A stretch of DNA of 64,000 bases, taken from contig CAWJCS010000002.1 in NCBI GenBank assembly GCA_963841435.1, positions 1 to 64,000 of the forward strand, given 5' to 3'. Below are positions 19,752-31,196 of this stretch, piece by piece. Within the stretch, counting starts at the first letter, position 1. Every line of letters starts with the position of its first letter. The notes under the pieces are model-generated. The model ran no database searches. It was not told where the DNA came from and saw nothing but the letters and a program-made list of their open reading frames with translations. Source of the DNA: an uncultured delta proteobacterium. Its GTDB lineage: Bacteria > Myxococcota_A > Polyangia > Polyangiales > Polyangiaceae. Position numbers and translations under genes: made by a program.

Positions 19752-20215
19752 GTAACCGCTGCACCGACCCCATCTGTCGAGCACGCGCTGGTGCTGGCAG
19801 AAGTCGTGCATGCGGAAGCGGTACACGGCTGAGCAGCGGGAGCGGTTGGTCGCTGAGGTAGCGGCGGGCGAGGCGGTGCCGGTGGTGGCGGCGCGGATGG
19901 GTGTGGGGGCCTCGGCGGCATACCTGTGGGTCAAGGAGGCACGAGAGGGGAGCAAGCCGACGTTCGCGAAGCTGGTGCGGGCGTCGACGCCGGCGGCGTC
20001 ATCGTCGATGGTGCTCCAAGTGGGACGAGCTCGAGTGCGCGTCGAAGCTGGCTTCGACGCCGAGCTGCTCAGGCGGGTCGTGTCGGCGCTGAGCGACGCA
20101 TCGTGATCGGGCAGGGGCTTCCGGTGTACGTGGCGCTCGAGCCGGTGGACATGCGGTTCGGATACGAGCGGCTCGGCGGGGTCGTGCGTGAGCGGATGCA
20201 GGCGGAGCCGAGGTC
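19752..20215 (+). mobile_element. IS66 (type 2) left part: IRL, tnpA (19810-20106), truncated tnpB
   Basis: IRL GTAACCGCTGCACCGACCCCATCT, tnpA ...AGFDAELLRRVVSAL and tnpB VYVALEPVDMRFGYERL. Confidence 0.88.
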
Positions 20216-20814
20216 GATCGGGGCACTCTGAGAGAATCGATTCGAGCGACTTGCCGGTCTTGACCCCATGCCGCTGTTCGAGCCGAGTGAGCGGCGCCTT
20301 CGAGCCTCGGGATCGTGTCCATCGGGAGCACCGGCGGAAACCGGTGGCCATGCATGGCGCCGAGGAGCGTGAGGTCGTTCGAGCCGGCCCTGATTGTCTG
20401 GTCGGCGTACGACTTGGCGCGCTCTTGCCAGAAGTTGGTGATCACCTCGTTGAAGACCGCTGGGGACATCCCGTCCTCGGTCGCCGCTCTCTTGAGTTCG
20501 TCCCGTGTCAGACCCGGCCCGAGCGGATCCACCACGAGGCAGGCGACGAGCAGCCGTCCGAGTTGGCGCCGGGCGAGTGTGTGTACGTCCTGCATCCACT
20601 CAGGATACCGCTTCGAGGGCGATCCCGACGAGCGGCGACATGGAGGAGGTACGCCCCGGCGGCTGGAACCATCAACCCGGGCACACGCGCCGATGGCAGC
20701 GTAGATGCAGATATCCATCCGTGATGGCACGGAGCCGGGACGCCCCTTGAGCCGGTGCGAGGAACACGGTGCTTCGGTGGTGCTACACCAGGCGTCAGTC
20801 GGAAGGCGCCATAG

Positions 20815-22446
20815 ATGTCTCTTCGGTCACGACTCTGGGGCGCGGCTGTACTTGCCAGCCTCTGCCTCGCTCAATGCACCGGCAAGCCCGGCCCCCCGGG
20901 GGCGGTAGGAAAGGCGGGCCCACCCGGGAGCGATGGCATGAACTGCGCGGTAGCCCCGGGAGAGGACGCCGCTGTGGTCACGTGCGGGGACGTCGTCGTC
21001 AGGATTCCCTACGGGACCGACGGTTCCGCCGGGGCGGGCGGCGGCGACGGAGCCGATGGAGCCGATGGAGCCGACGGCGCTGATGGAGTGGGCTGCACGG
21101 CAGAGCCGAGCAGCAGCGGCATCGTCGTCACGTGCTCCGACGGGAGCGTCACGATCACGAACGGCGCCGATGGAGCGGACGGGGCCCCCTGCTCTGCTGC
21201 TTCGGACGCGACCACGTTGACCATCACGTGCGGTGAAGACGAGGTCGCCATCCCACTCGCTGGACCCACGTGTGCGGTCGCTCCAAATGGAAATGCCGAC
21301 GCCACCAATGCGATTCAGGACTGCATCGACGAGATGGGCGTCCTCGGCGGAGGCACGGTGCTTCTCCAGGGCGGCGAGTACCTCCTTCAGTCGAACCATT
21401 TGCGCTTCGAGGCGGGCATGCACGACTACGTTCACCTCAGGGGGGCAGGGCCCCAGACGGTGTTGAGGCTGGATGCTGGCCTGCGCAGGTCAGCGATTCT
21501 CATCGGTGCGGACGTTGCCGACTTGGGCGTAGCGTGCCCGCCGCCCTACGAGGAGTACGCGGTGGCGGGGGTCCGAATCGAGGGGCTCCGCATTGTCGGC
21601 AACCTCGGGGAACCCACGGACTGCTGCCCGGAAGCGAACGAGGACTGGCAGACTGTCGGTGGCGCGTGGCTGACTTGCGAGGCCTACGGCGCGACCTACA
21701 CCGCCAACCCCTACCTGCCGCGAAATGGGATCAACATCCGGTGCGCTACAGACGTGACCATTGCCGACGTGACGATCGACAAGGCAAGCAGTGGGGGCGT
21801 AGTGGCTGACCGCGCACTGGGGCTCGTCGTGGAGCGGACGCGGATCAACGAGCCCCTCGTCAACTGTTTCGCTTCCAACTTCACCGAGGGAACGATCGTT
21901 CGCGAAATGACGTGCTACCGCCCCGGGTGGTCCGGACTGAACGGCGATCCCGCTACCCACCTCACGTTCGAGGGCAACACGATCTCCGAAACCGGAACCC
22001 TTGTGTGTCCGGGGGTGACCTCGTGGGAAAAGCCCGGGATCTACCTGGTGAGCGTCACCGGCTCGACCGTCACGAACAACATCATCACGGACAGCTCGGG
22101 GCCAGGGATCGAGCTTCACGGATCCGACCGGAATATCATCACCGGGAACCACATCGAGGGGAGCATCAAGGCCGGGATCGCTTTGGACGTTCTTCGCAGC
22201 CCGGAGGATGAACCGTGCCTCGAAACCGACGGCTCGGATGACAACGTCCTATCGGGGAACGTGATCGTCGACGGCGCAGAGCGACCGATCTGGAACGTAT
22301 GTCCCTCCCTGGGGAACGTCGCCTCGGGCAACGTCTGCGCGGGCAACTTCGACGACGCTGCCCTCGTCAGTAGCAACTCGGACTGCGGCACGATCTGCGA
22401 CAACGAGGCGGACGCTCTAGACGTCGTGGCCGGGTGCGGCGGCTAG
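20815..22446 (+). CDS. Secreted right-handed beta-helix protein with collagen-like N-terminus
   Basis: Signal peptide, GPPG/GADG repeats, DATNAIQDCIDE...GGGTVLL pectate-lyase-3-like start and repeated N(I/V)ITGN-type strands. Confidence 0.8.
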   Translation: MSLRSRLWGAAVLASLCLAQCTGKPGPPGAVGKAGPPGSDGMNCAVAPGEDAAVVTCGDVVVRIPYGTDGSAGAGGGDGADGADGADGADGVGCTAEPSSSGIVVTCSDGSVTITNGADGADGAPCSAASDATTLTITCGEDEVAIPLAGPTCAVAPNGNADATNAIQDCIDEMGVLGGGTVLLQGGEYLLQSNHLRFEAGMHDYVHLRGAGPQTVLRLDAGLRRSAILIGADVADLGVACPPPYEEYAVAGVRIEGLRIVGNLGEPTDCCPEANEDWQTVGGAWLTCEAYGATYTANPYLPRNGINIRCATDVTIADVTIDKASSGGVVADRALGLVVERTRINEPLVNCFASNFTEGTIVREMTCYRPGWSGLNGDPATHLTFEGNTISETGTLVCPGVTSWEKPGIYLVSVTGSTVTNNIITDSSGPGIELHGSDRNIITGNHIEGSIKAGIALDVLRSPEDEPCLETDGSDDNVLSGNVIVDGAERPIWNVCPSLGNVASGNVCAGNFDDAALVSSNSDCGTICDNEADALDVVAGCGG

Positions 22447-22689
22447 GCTTCCGGGGGGCAGCCCGGCGGATCCACTTGTGGAAATCCCTGGGCATGCCCC
22501 GCTCGGCGAGCATGCGGACTTGGAACGCCATGCCGTTGCCTCTCACGCCCGTTCGACGACTGTTGTCAACCCAAGCGGCGGGTCACCCAGTGGCCTTTCA
22601 CGGATCGGTGACCTGGTCGGCGATGGCCTCGTGGTGCTGGCCGAAGTCCGGCTGGCAGGTCGTGCAGGCGCACACCTCCGGTGGATGAT

Positions 22690-23741
22690 CTTCCACCGCA
22701 CCGCCGAGCGCGTCGACCGGCTGCTCACAAAGAGCGGCCGGAGCCTCGAGCGGGAAGGGGACGAGCCGGTGCCCGAGCTCTGCTCCGACGAGCCAGGGCT
22801 CGCCTCCTGCTACGCGGCCGCGGCCCAGGGCATCAGCGTGAGCGGCGAGCGGGCAGGAAAGCCCCAGCTCAGGCTCGTCTTCGGCACCCCCGCCGCCCCC
22901 GAAAGGGCAGAGCAAGATCCGGACGAGCCGGTCGCCGAACACCGCGGCGTCAACGTCCACGCGAGACAGTCGGTCGACGGCCGCGACCGGCGACAACTCG
23001 AGCGGCTGTGCCGCTATGTCACGCGGCCTCCGGTTGCACAGGACCGGCTCGCTCGCCTGCCAGACGGCTCGCTCGAGCTCCGCCTCAAGCACCCGTGGAA
23101 GGACGGCACGCGCGCCGTCGTGCTGGAGCCGGATGATCTCTTGGTCCGGCTCGTCGCCTCGGTGCCCCCGCCGCGCTGGCATTTACTCAGATATTTTGGC
23201 GTGCTCTCGAGCCACTCGCGGCTCCGCCGAGAAGTGGTCCCGCACTCGCCCGCCGATCCGAGCGCCACCGCGCCGCCGCCTGCTCCGGGCGATCAGCTCG
23301 AGCTTGCGCTCGATGCCGAGAGCGACGAGCCCGCTCCGAGAAAAAGATGGGCGTGGCTCTTGAAACACGTCTTCGCGGCAGACTTGGATACGTGCCCCCG
23401 CTGCGGCGGACCGATGCGCTGGATGGAGGCTGCAGCCAGCGCCGAGGCGGCTCGCGACTTGCTCGCCCGGCTCGGGCTCGCTCCGCGCCCGCCGCCGGCT
23501 CCGCATCCTCCTCCGCTCGGGCAGCTCAAGCTGCCACTCTTGCACTGACAGCTCCAGGCTCGGCAGCCTCGAGGCGGACGTGTCCGTCAACTCCTCCGGT
23601 CGGAGGTTCACCGACGGGCAAACTGCCGGTCCGTCGTTCCGCTTCTGCCTCCTCCCTGCGTTCTCCGGTAGCGCCCCCCTCCGGCACCTCCAACTCAGCT
23701 CGCTCCGCCCAGCTTCTTCGCAGTTCGAATGCCCTTGGCGC
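22690..23741 (+). mobile_element. Longest copy of the main ISCR-like element: transposase C-terminal part, 3' non-coding region and oriIS-like end
   Basis: GVNVHA, LERLCRYVTRPP (single Tyr), WKDGT, RYFGVLSSHS and CPRCGG motifs. Stop at 23548. CAGTTCGAATGCCCTTGGCGC at 23721-23741. Confidence 0.9.
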
Positions 23742-23837
23742 CGCCACCTTCCGCAACGTTACGCAACGATCCCACACCCAAAGCTATCCCAGAACGTTGC
23801 GGATCGTTGCATGGCATTGCGGTTCGTTCCCCTGAGC

Positions 23838-23863
23838 GCGGGTTCGAGTCCCGTTGGGGACGC
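23838..23863 (+). other. tRNA-Glu-like 3' fragment (att-like site, not a full tRNA)
   Basis: GCGGG-TTCGAGT-CCCGT T-arm followed by TGGGGAC-GC acceptor 3' strand. No D-arm or anticodon arm upstream. Confidence 0.7.
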
Positions 23864-23888
23864 AGGTTCTCGCCAGTTCGATGCTCGC

Positions 23889-26693
23889 TCACGGCTTCGC
23901 GCGGCGACACAGAAGCGTGTGAGCTCGGTCAGGGCCAATGATCGTGCCGCGCATTCCGTCGCCGGTCGCTCGGAGCGTGATGGGGAAGGGCTCGTTGACG
24001 AGGACGCTGCGCCAGCAGCCGCCTCCTGGGCCGATCTCGAGCAGCGACGCCCCCGCCAGCGATTCTAGGAGGTACTGATACCCAGGATCGGAGTCGCGCC
24101 CGATCTCGATCGTCGGCGTGTTGAAGGCGACGAGGTACGTTTGTCCAGGAGCGGCCGGGGACGCACGCCTGCATTCGGGAAGCCCGCGGCGCGTGCGCCA
24201 GGTCACGTCCCGTCCAGCTGAGCCGCGTACCATCGAGTAGACTCGGGTGCCGTCGTCGTTCTCGATGACGAAGCTGAGTCCGTCCGGTCCGAGCGCCATC
24301 CGACCCGCAGGGCCGACGAACCAGCGCCGCGCCACCACGGTACCCGTAGCGTCGAGCTCGAAGAGCTCTTGTCGCCCGGGCGCGCTCACTAGCACCGCCG
24401 CACCGCCCTTCGGTAGGGGCATGGCTTGCGCCCGTCCAAAAAAGAGCTGAGCCCTCGTACCTTGAGCGGGAGGGGTCTTCGCGAGGACCCTCGCTCGGCC
24501 GGTCGCTTCAAGGATGAAGAACACCGTGTCTCCGACGCTGCGCGACCCGATGTCGGTCTGCGTCCGGACCATGATCGCGTACGAGCGCGCCATGAGCACG
24601 GGTTCGAGGGCAGCCACGTACAGGGTGTCCCCAGTGCGTTCGAGTGGGCCTCGCGTGAGCTGAGCCGCAACGCCCGTCAGCGCCGGGGTTTCGACTCGGA
24701 ACGCTCCTGCCGCGTCGCGACCGCTCCAGCCGAATGCGTTTCCTTTTCGTTGGATGGGCCAAACCGCGGGAATTTGCCCCATGCTCGACGGGTCCGAAGG
24801 ATCTGTCACCTGCAGCTGTCGGAGCACTTCACTTGTCGGGAACGAAGGCCTGGCGCGGCATTGGTACTTCGGCACGGCGGTTGCGGGGTAGGCGGTTTCC
24901 GGTACAGGAACGACGGGGAAGAGATCGTCCCAGGGACGCTGACTCGGAGCCGACGCTTCGGGGAGCGCGACCTCGGGATTCGGTACTGCGGATGGCTCGC
25001 GCGCGAGTGGCTCATCCGTGAAGGCAACCGAGGCCGCAAAGGAGCACCCGTGACTCCAGCAGCGGAGCTCCGCCCTGGGATCTGGTTTTCTGCCCTGCCA
25101 TGGCACGCGCGTGAAGCTCTGACCTCCGTCCTCCGTAACCAACAGCCCGCCATGGCCCTCGACGGCCATGCCGTGCCGCTCGTCGGCGAAGGCAACCCGA
25201 TAAATCTCCGTCGGGATTTCGTGCGCGGGTCCCTCCTCGCCGCTCTCTGGATCGCGCCAGATCAGGGTAGAGCGGACCTCCCTGCCGACGCGCGTGCGCC
25301 GAATGTACGCAAGCTTGTGATCGAGCAGATTGACGGCGCCCTCCTCGACGCCCTCGCCGAAGTCGTAGGCTTGGTTCGCCGGGGCTGCGAACGGCAACAG
25401 TGCAATCGACGGTGAGGAGCGGCTCAATGCGGCCGTGCCGCCGGTTCCAGGATTGCGCTTGGCGACGAGCCAGCGCGACGTTGCGGCGAGCGGTGTGACG
25501 TCGAGCCCTGGGTATTGTTTCCAGGCTCCGCCGTCGAAGACCACCAGCAGGGGTTTGCCCGCGGACTTCGGTCCTGCGTCCGCCACGGCGAGCGCTGCAA
25601 TCCAGCGGCCCTTGGGATCTGCCGTGGCGACGCGGATTGGGTGCGGTGGTGCCGGCAGCGAGCCTTCCCCCTCGGGTCCGAGCAAGCTCAACGTCAGCGA
25701 CTGCTGGGAGCACGCGCAAAGGAGTCGCCTGCCGTAGGGCTGGACGCTACAGGAGCCCGGAATCGAGTGATCGGTGACGCGCCCGTCCGGGGTCCGGAAC
25801 GCCAGCAACACTTTCCATCGATCGGCGGCATAGACCCATCGCACCCAAGTGCCATCAGTGAGCACGAGTCCGCCGGCGACTCTCCCAGCTTCTGTGGCGA
25901 CCTCGCGCCGGAGCCAAGCCGTCCGAACCGGGTCGGCCGCGCTTTGCATCCCTTCCGAGGAATCGTCGGCCTGGTCGAGGACATCGATGTCACTCCCGAG
26001 CCACGCCGTCGGCTCATCGAGGTCGGTGCTCGGTCGCGTCGCAAGCGCCGCAAAGGTGCGACCCCCGTCGGTCGTCTCCAGCAGTCGATCGGGTGGCGCA
26101 ACCGCGTGTGCGCGCTCGGTGGTTTGGAAATGAACGAGGGCGAGGTCGGCTTGCCCGAGCAGGCGCGAGCCGCTTCGCGAGACAAGCAAGGTTGGTCGCC
26201 CGCGGCTCGAGAGCGCGACGACCGGATTGCACTGCACGATCCGCTCATGGAGATCCGACCGCGTGAGGCCGACGCTCTCCAGCCGTCCGAGAAAAACTCG
26301 AGACCAGAAGAGCCCGCCGCCCTCGGTGAAATGCAAAAACCCGCCGTCCGACGGACAGCTCCTGATGATCGCTTCGAGGGTATCGTCGCGCGCGAAGGTC
26401 ACCGCGCCGGCCCGAACCTCAGCGCGCGAACCGGCAAACAGGACCCGCGTCGTCGTCAACGTGCTGTCGGCAAAGCTCGCCGAGGACGACGAAACGAACG
26501 GGACGCGAACGAGCCGCCATCTTTCCGCCTGGCCCGGGACGGCGGACGGCGGGGAGCCGCCGTGGACGGCTGGAGTAACTGCGCGGGGGTTGCACGCAAG
26601 CGAAAGAGCGCAGATGAGGAGCACCCGTGTGACAGCCGTGAAGGGGCCCGCAGATGGTGCTCCTACGTTGGTGGTATCCCCGTGAGCCGTCAT
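23889..26693 (-). CDS. Large hypothetical lipoprotein with BNR/Asp-box-like repeats
   Basis: 934-aa ORF with lipobox SLAC and motifs TTDGGRTF and TEDGGQSF. Confidence 0.65.
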   Translation of the reverse strand: MTAHGDTTNVGAPSAGPFTAVTRVLLICALSLACNPRAVTPAVHGGSPPSAVPGQAERWRLVRVPFVSSSSASFADSTLTTTRVLFAGSRAEVRAGAVTFARDDTLEAIIRSCPSDGGFLHFTEGGGLFWSRVFLGRLESVGLTRSDLHERIVQCNPVVALSSRGRPTLLVSRSGSRLLGQADLALVHFQTTERAHAVAPPDRLLETTDGGRTFAALATRPSTDLDEPTAWLGSDIDVLDQADDSSEGMQSAADPVRTAWLRREVATEAGRVAGGLVLTDGTWVRWVYAADRWKVLLAFRTPDGRVTDHSIPGSCSVQPYGRRLLCACSQQSLTLSLLGPEGEGSLPAPPHPIRVATADPKGRWIAALAVADAGPKSAGKPLLVVFDGGAWKQYPGLDVTPLAATSRWLVAKRNPGTGGTAALSRSSPSIALLPFAAPANQAYDFGEGVEEGAVNLLDHKLAYIRRTRVGREVRSTLIWRDPESGEEGPAHEIPTEIYRVAFADERHGMAVEGHGGLLVTEDGGQSFTRVPWQGRKPDPRAELRCWSHGCSFAASVAFTDEPLAREPSAVPNPEVALPEASAPSQRPWDDLFPVVPVPETAYPATAVPKYQCRARPSFPTSEVLRQLQVTDPSDPSSMGQIPAVWPIQRKGNAFGWSGRDAAGAFRVETPALTGVAAQLTRGPLERTGDTLYVAALEPVLMARSYAIMVRTQTDIGSRSVGDTVFFILEATGRARVLAKTPPAQGTRAQLFFGRAQAMPLPKGGAAVLVSAPGRQELFELDATGTVVARRWFVGPAGRMALGPDGLSFVIENDDGTRVYSMVRGSAGRDVTWRTRRGLPECRRASPAAPGQTYLVAFNTPTIEIGRDSDPGYQYLLESLAGASLLEIGPGGGCWRSVLVNEPFPITLRATGDGMRGTIIGPDRAHTLLCRRAKP

Positions 26694-26847
26694 GTCCTAG
26701 CGCATAGTAGGACGATCGGGCGCCTACGTGGCGGGCGAACGCCCACCGATCAACGCCCTGCTCAACCGACGACACGCCCTCCCAGGATCGTCGCCGGGTT
26801 TCCTCGCTCCCACCAACATCGACTACCTGCGCGTGTTGTCTTAGCGC

Positions 26848-27486
26848 TCACGGTGCGGTCGGCCCTGCGCCGGCGTCGGTGGAGTCGAGCTTCGTCAGCC
26901 GGCTCGAGACGAGGCCGTAGCGGGGCCGGCCCTCTGCATCGAGGAATCGCTCGAGCCGAGCGGTGGCCACGTACGCGCCGCCGAGGTCGACCGCCGGACA
27001 CGACCATTTTCCGCAGTGACCGAGGCATGCGAAGCGCTCGTCCTCGAGGCGAAGAACCAGCGCATTTTGCGCGCGATCCGCGCCGGGAGCACAGCGCACC
27101 TCTGAGCCGGGAGGCTGTTCGAACGCGAGCGCAACGTGTCCCGTGCAACGCCCCTCGGAAGGCGCGACCGTTCCGCACCTGAACTTGGTGCCGTCGCAGA
27201 GATCGGGGCAGACGCCCATCCACCCGTGCACGACGACCGACACTGCTAGGTAGGCTTCCGGATCCGCCATCAAGTCCGAGAGGGCGACGCGCTCGGCAGG
27301 CCGAGCGGCGCCGGCCCCTGAAGCGCTCGGTGCCGGTGCCGCAACGACCGCGTCCTCGCGAGACGCCGCCGTGCCGGCCGGTGCCGAAGCGGGAGCCGGC
27401 GCGCAAGCGACCGCGAAGAGCAGGATGGGGAAATGCGCCTTTGCCGCCCCGACACCGACCAGGATCGCTTCGAGCTCGCCCCGCAT
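26848..27486 (-). CDS. Cys-rich hypothetical lipoprotein
   Basis: Hydrophobic stretch ending AVAC, with several Cys pairs. Confidence 0.55.
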   Translation of the reverse strand: MRGELEAILVGVGAAKAHFPILLFAVACAPAPASAPAGTAASREDAVVAAPAPSASGAGAARPAERVALSDLMADPEAYLAVSVVVHGWMGVCPDLCDGTKFRCGTVAPSEGRCTGHVALAFEQPPGSEVRCAPGADRAQNALVLRLEDERFACLGHCGKWSCPAVDLGGAYVATARLERFLDAEGRPRYGLVSSRLTKLDSTDAGAGPTAP

Positions 27487-27819
27487 GGATCAACACCCGG
27501 CTCCGAAACCTAGCATGAGCATCCCGGCCTCGAGCGTTGCATCCCTCGACGAATTGAAGGGCGACGGAGCCCCCGCCCCGGCCCCGCCGTATCTCCGCCC
27601 TCGTCATCGGCCCCCGGAGATACGACAACGCCCGGCGCGGCTGCATGAGCACCGTGCTCTGCCGCTCGTGAACGTTCCTCATCAGGAACGACCGCGGGGC
27701 AAGACACTTCGTGATGTCCGAGAGCTCCGCCGCGCTCGCGTCCATCGCCCCCTCGGCGCTCGTCAACGCGCTCGGAAATGGTCCCACTCCGGCTCGAGCG
27801 CCACGTACACCGGAAGCCC

Positions 27820-28845
27820 CACGTGGAAGAAGCGGGTAGCACGTGCGGAGCCACCATCGTCCACGCCATGTGGCAGGACGCGCTCGAGAGCGGCTCGGTG
27901 ATCTCGACCGATGCAACGTCGGCGCTGATCCAGCCTGAAAAGAGCCAAAATGGCCAGCGGCAGGCCTGCAAGAAGGGCCACTTCTTCACCGCCGTCGTGG
28001 ACACCGACCACGTGCTGTTCGCGTACGCCGAGAAGCACACGCAAGACTTCGTGAGGAAGCTCTTCGGCGGCTTCACGGGATTTCTCCAGTCCGACGCCAG
28101 CAACGTCTACGACATCCTGGACCGGGGACCCCCCAGCGAAGATGACGAGACCGTCACCCTCGTCGGATGTTGGGCTCACTGCAGGCGCTATTTCTTCGAG
28201 GCCGCGATCTGCAAACACCAGACCGGCATCCAAGGCCTCTTGCGCATTCGCGCCATCTACGCTGCTGACGACGCGTTCAGGAAGCTGCCGCCCGCCAAAC
28301 GCAAGGCGCTGCGCGATACGCACCTGCGCCCCCTCATGCTGAGCTTCTTCGAGTGGGTGAAGGCCACGCGCCTCACCACGCCCGGCCGCAGTCTCGCAAC
28401 CAAAGCGCTCGGCTACGCGTTCAACCAGGAGAACGAGCTCTTGCGCGTGCTCGACGACGGCCGTCTGCCCCTCGACAACACGCGCTCCGAACGCTCGCTG
28501 CGAAAATCGTCGTGGGTCGCAAAATTGGATGTTCTACGGCAGCGACACTCACGCCGAGAGCGCCGCCGCCATCTTCAGCCTGATCGCCTCCTGCCGGCTT
28601 CACCGGCTCGACGCCGAGCAGTACCTCGACGAAATCCTCCGCGTCCTGCCCTACTGGCCCCCGACTCGCTACCTCGAGCTCGCTCCGAAGTTCTGGCCCG
28701 CCACCCGTGCCAAGCTTCGCGCCGAGGAACTCGACGCACCGCTGTGCCCGTTCACCATCCCGCCGGCGGCCTGAGCTCGGCGCGAGCGCGGCATCGCGAC
28801 CCCCGGCCGAGCTCCCTTTCAAGATGGGGTCGGTGTAGCGGTTAC
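27820..28845 (+). mobile_element. IS66 (type 2) right part: 3' tnpC (frameshifted near 28505) and IRR
   Basis: ISTDATS, CWAHCRRYF, LDNTRSERSLR and FSLIASCRLH motifs. IRR at 28822-28845 is the rc of GTAACCGCTACACCGACCCCATCT. Confidence 0.9.
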
Positions 28846-28971
28846 CGAGCACCTGGATCGGAGCGTCCCCAGGTCGGCAGAGCCGCTGCCAGCACGAAGC
28901 TCGCGAACCTCGGGTACCGTTTCAGTGCTGAAGAACTCGCCATGCCACCCTCCGCCTTGAACGTTGAGGTC

Positions 28972-29583
28972 TCACTGCGTAAAGCAGTAGAACGTATCCG
29001 GTGCACAGAAAGGGAACCCGGCGCCCATAGAGCCCACGCAGGCTGGCCTCTCAGCATCCGAGCAATCGGCGTTTGTGCAGTCGGTCGTGCAGAGGCACCT
29101 CCCGGCGGCAGGGCCTTCACAGCACCGGCACGTGAGCCCCTCAGGACACGGCCCATCCGGAATGCCGTTACCGCAGGGTGGTCCCCCACTGCCGCCTTCG
29201 CCTGCGCTTCCGCCCTTCCCGCCCGTGCCGCCCTTCCCGCCCGCGCCACCGTTCTTCCCGCCAGAGCCACCTTGCGTGCGCCCCGATTCCCCGCCAGCTC
29301 CGCTCAGCGAACCCCCGGCTCCTCCATCAGCACTCGAACCTGACGTGCCTCCGGACCCCGAGGCGGCTGTCTCTCCTGCTCCGCCGCCACGCCCCGTGCT
29401 GCCGCTCGCGGAGGCGCCCGCACTAGACCCTCCTGTCCCGCCCGAGCCGCCGCCAGTACCCGCTGCGGCACCCTTGCCACCCGAGGCCGCCGCCCCGTTC
29501 GTGGAGGACTTGGAACCGCAACCGGCTCCGCCCCAGAGGATTGGAGCAATTACGCCGACGGCCGCAATCTTCCACACCCGCAT
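28972..29583 (-). CDS. Gly/Ser-rich lipoprotein with Cys-rich C-terminal domain
   Basis: MRVWKIAAVG...GAGC lipobox, a Gly linker, and a Cys-rich tail. Confidence 0.7.
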   Translation of the reverse strand: MRVWKIAAVGVIAPILWGGAGCGSKSSTNGAAASGGKGAAAGTGGGSGGTGGSSAGASASGSTGRGGGAGETAASGSGGTSGSSADGGAGGSLSGAGGESGRTQGGSGGKNGGAGGKGGTGGKGGSAGEGGSGGPPCGNGIPDGPCPEGLTCRCCEGPAAGRCLCTTDCTNADCSDAERPACVGSMGAGFPFCAPDTFYCFTQ

Positions 29584-29763
29584 GGGAATCTCCCCCAGTT
29601 CGGCGCCCGCCCGCCGGGCCGGGCCGCCGCCCTGGATGGTGTGGGGCCGCTGGTTTGGTGAGGTCAAGTCCAGACTTCCATGCGGGGCGCGAGGTGCCCC
29701 CAGACCAAACGATCAACTAAGAAAGGCCCCTCTCCGGGTCGGAGCGGGCGACGAGTTCTATGA

Positions 29764-31196
29764 CTACTCGCCCGAAGAGCCTCCTGATCTCGCTCTTCGT
29801 CTCCGGCCAACCCGGGCAAACCAGTCGAGGGAGATCGCGATGAAACCCTTGAAGTCCAGGCGGGTGACGATGCGTGGACTCAAGCTCATCAGGTGCTCGC
29901 GGGCGAGAACGGAGAGTGAGTCCTTGGCGAGGGTCTCCTCGAACCACGCTCGTAGGAGGTCGCCCCCTGTAACCGCGGCCGATGCCACGACCTGCTCGAC
30001 GCGCAGGTCCAGGCCATCGATGCTGAAGAATGCCTTACAAACGCGACGAAGCTGTTCTCTGTCGCCCCGTGCGTTCGCCAAGCGGAGGACGCTGTGAAGC
30101 CAGCGGAACGGCGCGGACTCAAACTGGTCCTTGCGTCCGTTGAGGGCAGCCGTGACGCCGACCTGTTCCAGCGCATCGGCGGCGGCTTCAAGGAGCTTCT
30201 TGTCTTTGCCAGCACCACGCACTTGGAGTGCTCCGCTACCCCGCGAGCGGCAAAATCTGTCGCCACCCAGGCCACCTCGTCGAACGGCAGTACCGAAGCG
30301 CTGAACACGCACCGCGTCTTCGGTCTGTTCGGCCTTGATCGCGACCAGTGGCTCCTTGTCCGAGGAGTGCGAGAGATTCTCCTCGATAGGCCTGTTGGCG
30401 AGGGCGATCACAGCAGGAGGGCAGCGATAGTTCGCCGGTAGCTGGACGACCGACATCTTGAAGTCACGACGAAGCTCCTGAAGCCGCTCAGGGCTCGCCC
30501 CGTTCCACTGGTAGATGATCTGGTCGTCGTCCGCGACGACACGAAGGAGATCGGACGGGCTCGGACCAACGATCGCCCGGAGGAATCTGTACTGCGACGT
30601 GTTGGTATCCTGAAATTCGTCCACGCACACGCTCGTGTACGCGGCCCTGAGCAGGCGAGCGACCGCCGGCTTGGACTCCAGCAGCTCGATGGCCTTGGCT
30701 ATCAAGCACGGGAAGTCGAGCCGGTTCGCCTTCTCCAGTTCTAGGCGGTATTGGGAGAACGCGCGGATGCCTTGTCGGCCAGATCGGGGTCACGAACGCG
30801 GTTGCGGACATCGTCCGCACTCATGCGAACGTCGAGCAGCCGGTCGAGCAGTGGTCGCAGCAGGTCCGTCTCGTCGGTCTCGACGCCCTGGCTCGCGCAA
30901 TCTCGGATCGCGTCGAGCAGCACGGCTTCGCGATCGCCTGCCTGATTCAGGATCACGAAATCCGGCCTGAATCCGATGTGGCTTCCGTGTTGGCGCAGAA
31001 CGTCTGCCGCGAAGGAGTGGAACGTTCCGAGCTGCACCCGGTCGCGCCCATCGGTGACCATGCCATCGATGCGCGAGCGCATCTCGTCCGCTGCCTTCGT
31101 GGTGAACGTCAAGCCAAGTACACGGAAGCGCTTTCGCGGCAATCCCTCGATGAGCTTTGCAATCCTTGTCGTGATGACCTTGGTCTTCCCCGATCC
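29764..31196 (-). pseudogene. UvrD/PcrA-like helicase, truncated and multiply frameshifted
   Basis: GSGKT (cut just upstream by an ISCR copy), LTFTTKAADEM, GTFHSF, VDEFQDTN, VADDDQIIYQWNGA and NYRC motifs. Confidence 0.88.

Noticed and set aside
20216-20600. Minus-strand coding-like fragment
   Set aside because: Frameshifted and truncated with no recognisable motif, so no product can be assigned.
23790-23870. Complete tRNA gene
   Set aside because: Only the T-arm and acceptor 3' strand are present, so it is kept as an att-like fragment.
29764-31196. Naming the helicase as Gabija GajB or another specific defence system
   Set aside because: No partner gene remains, and the motifs support only a UvrD-like call.
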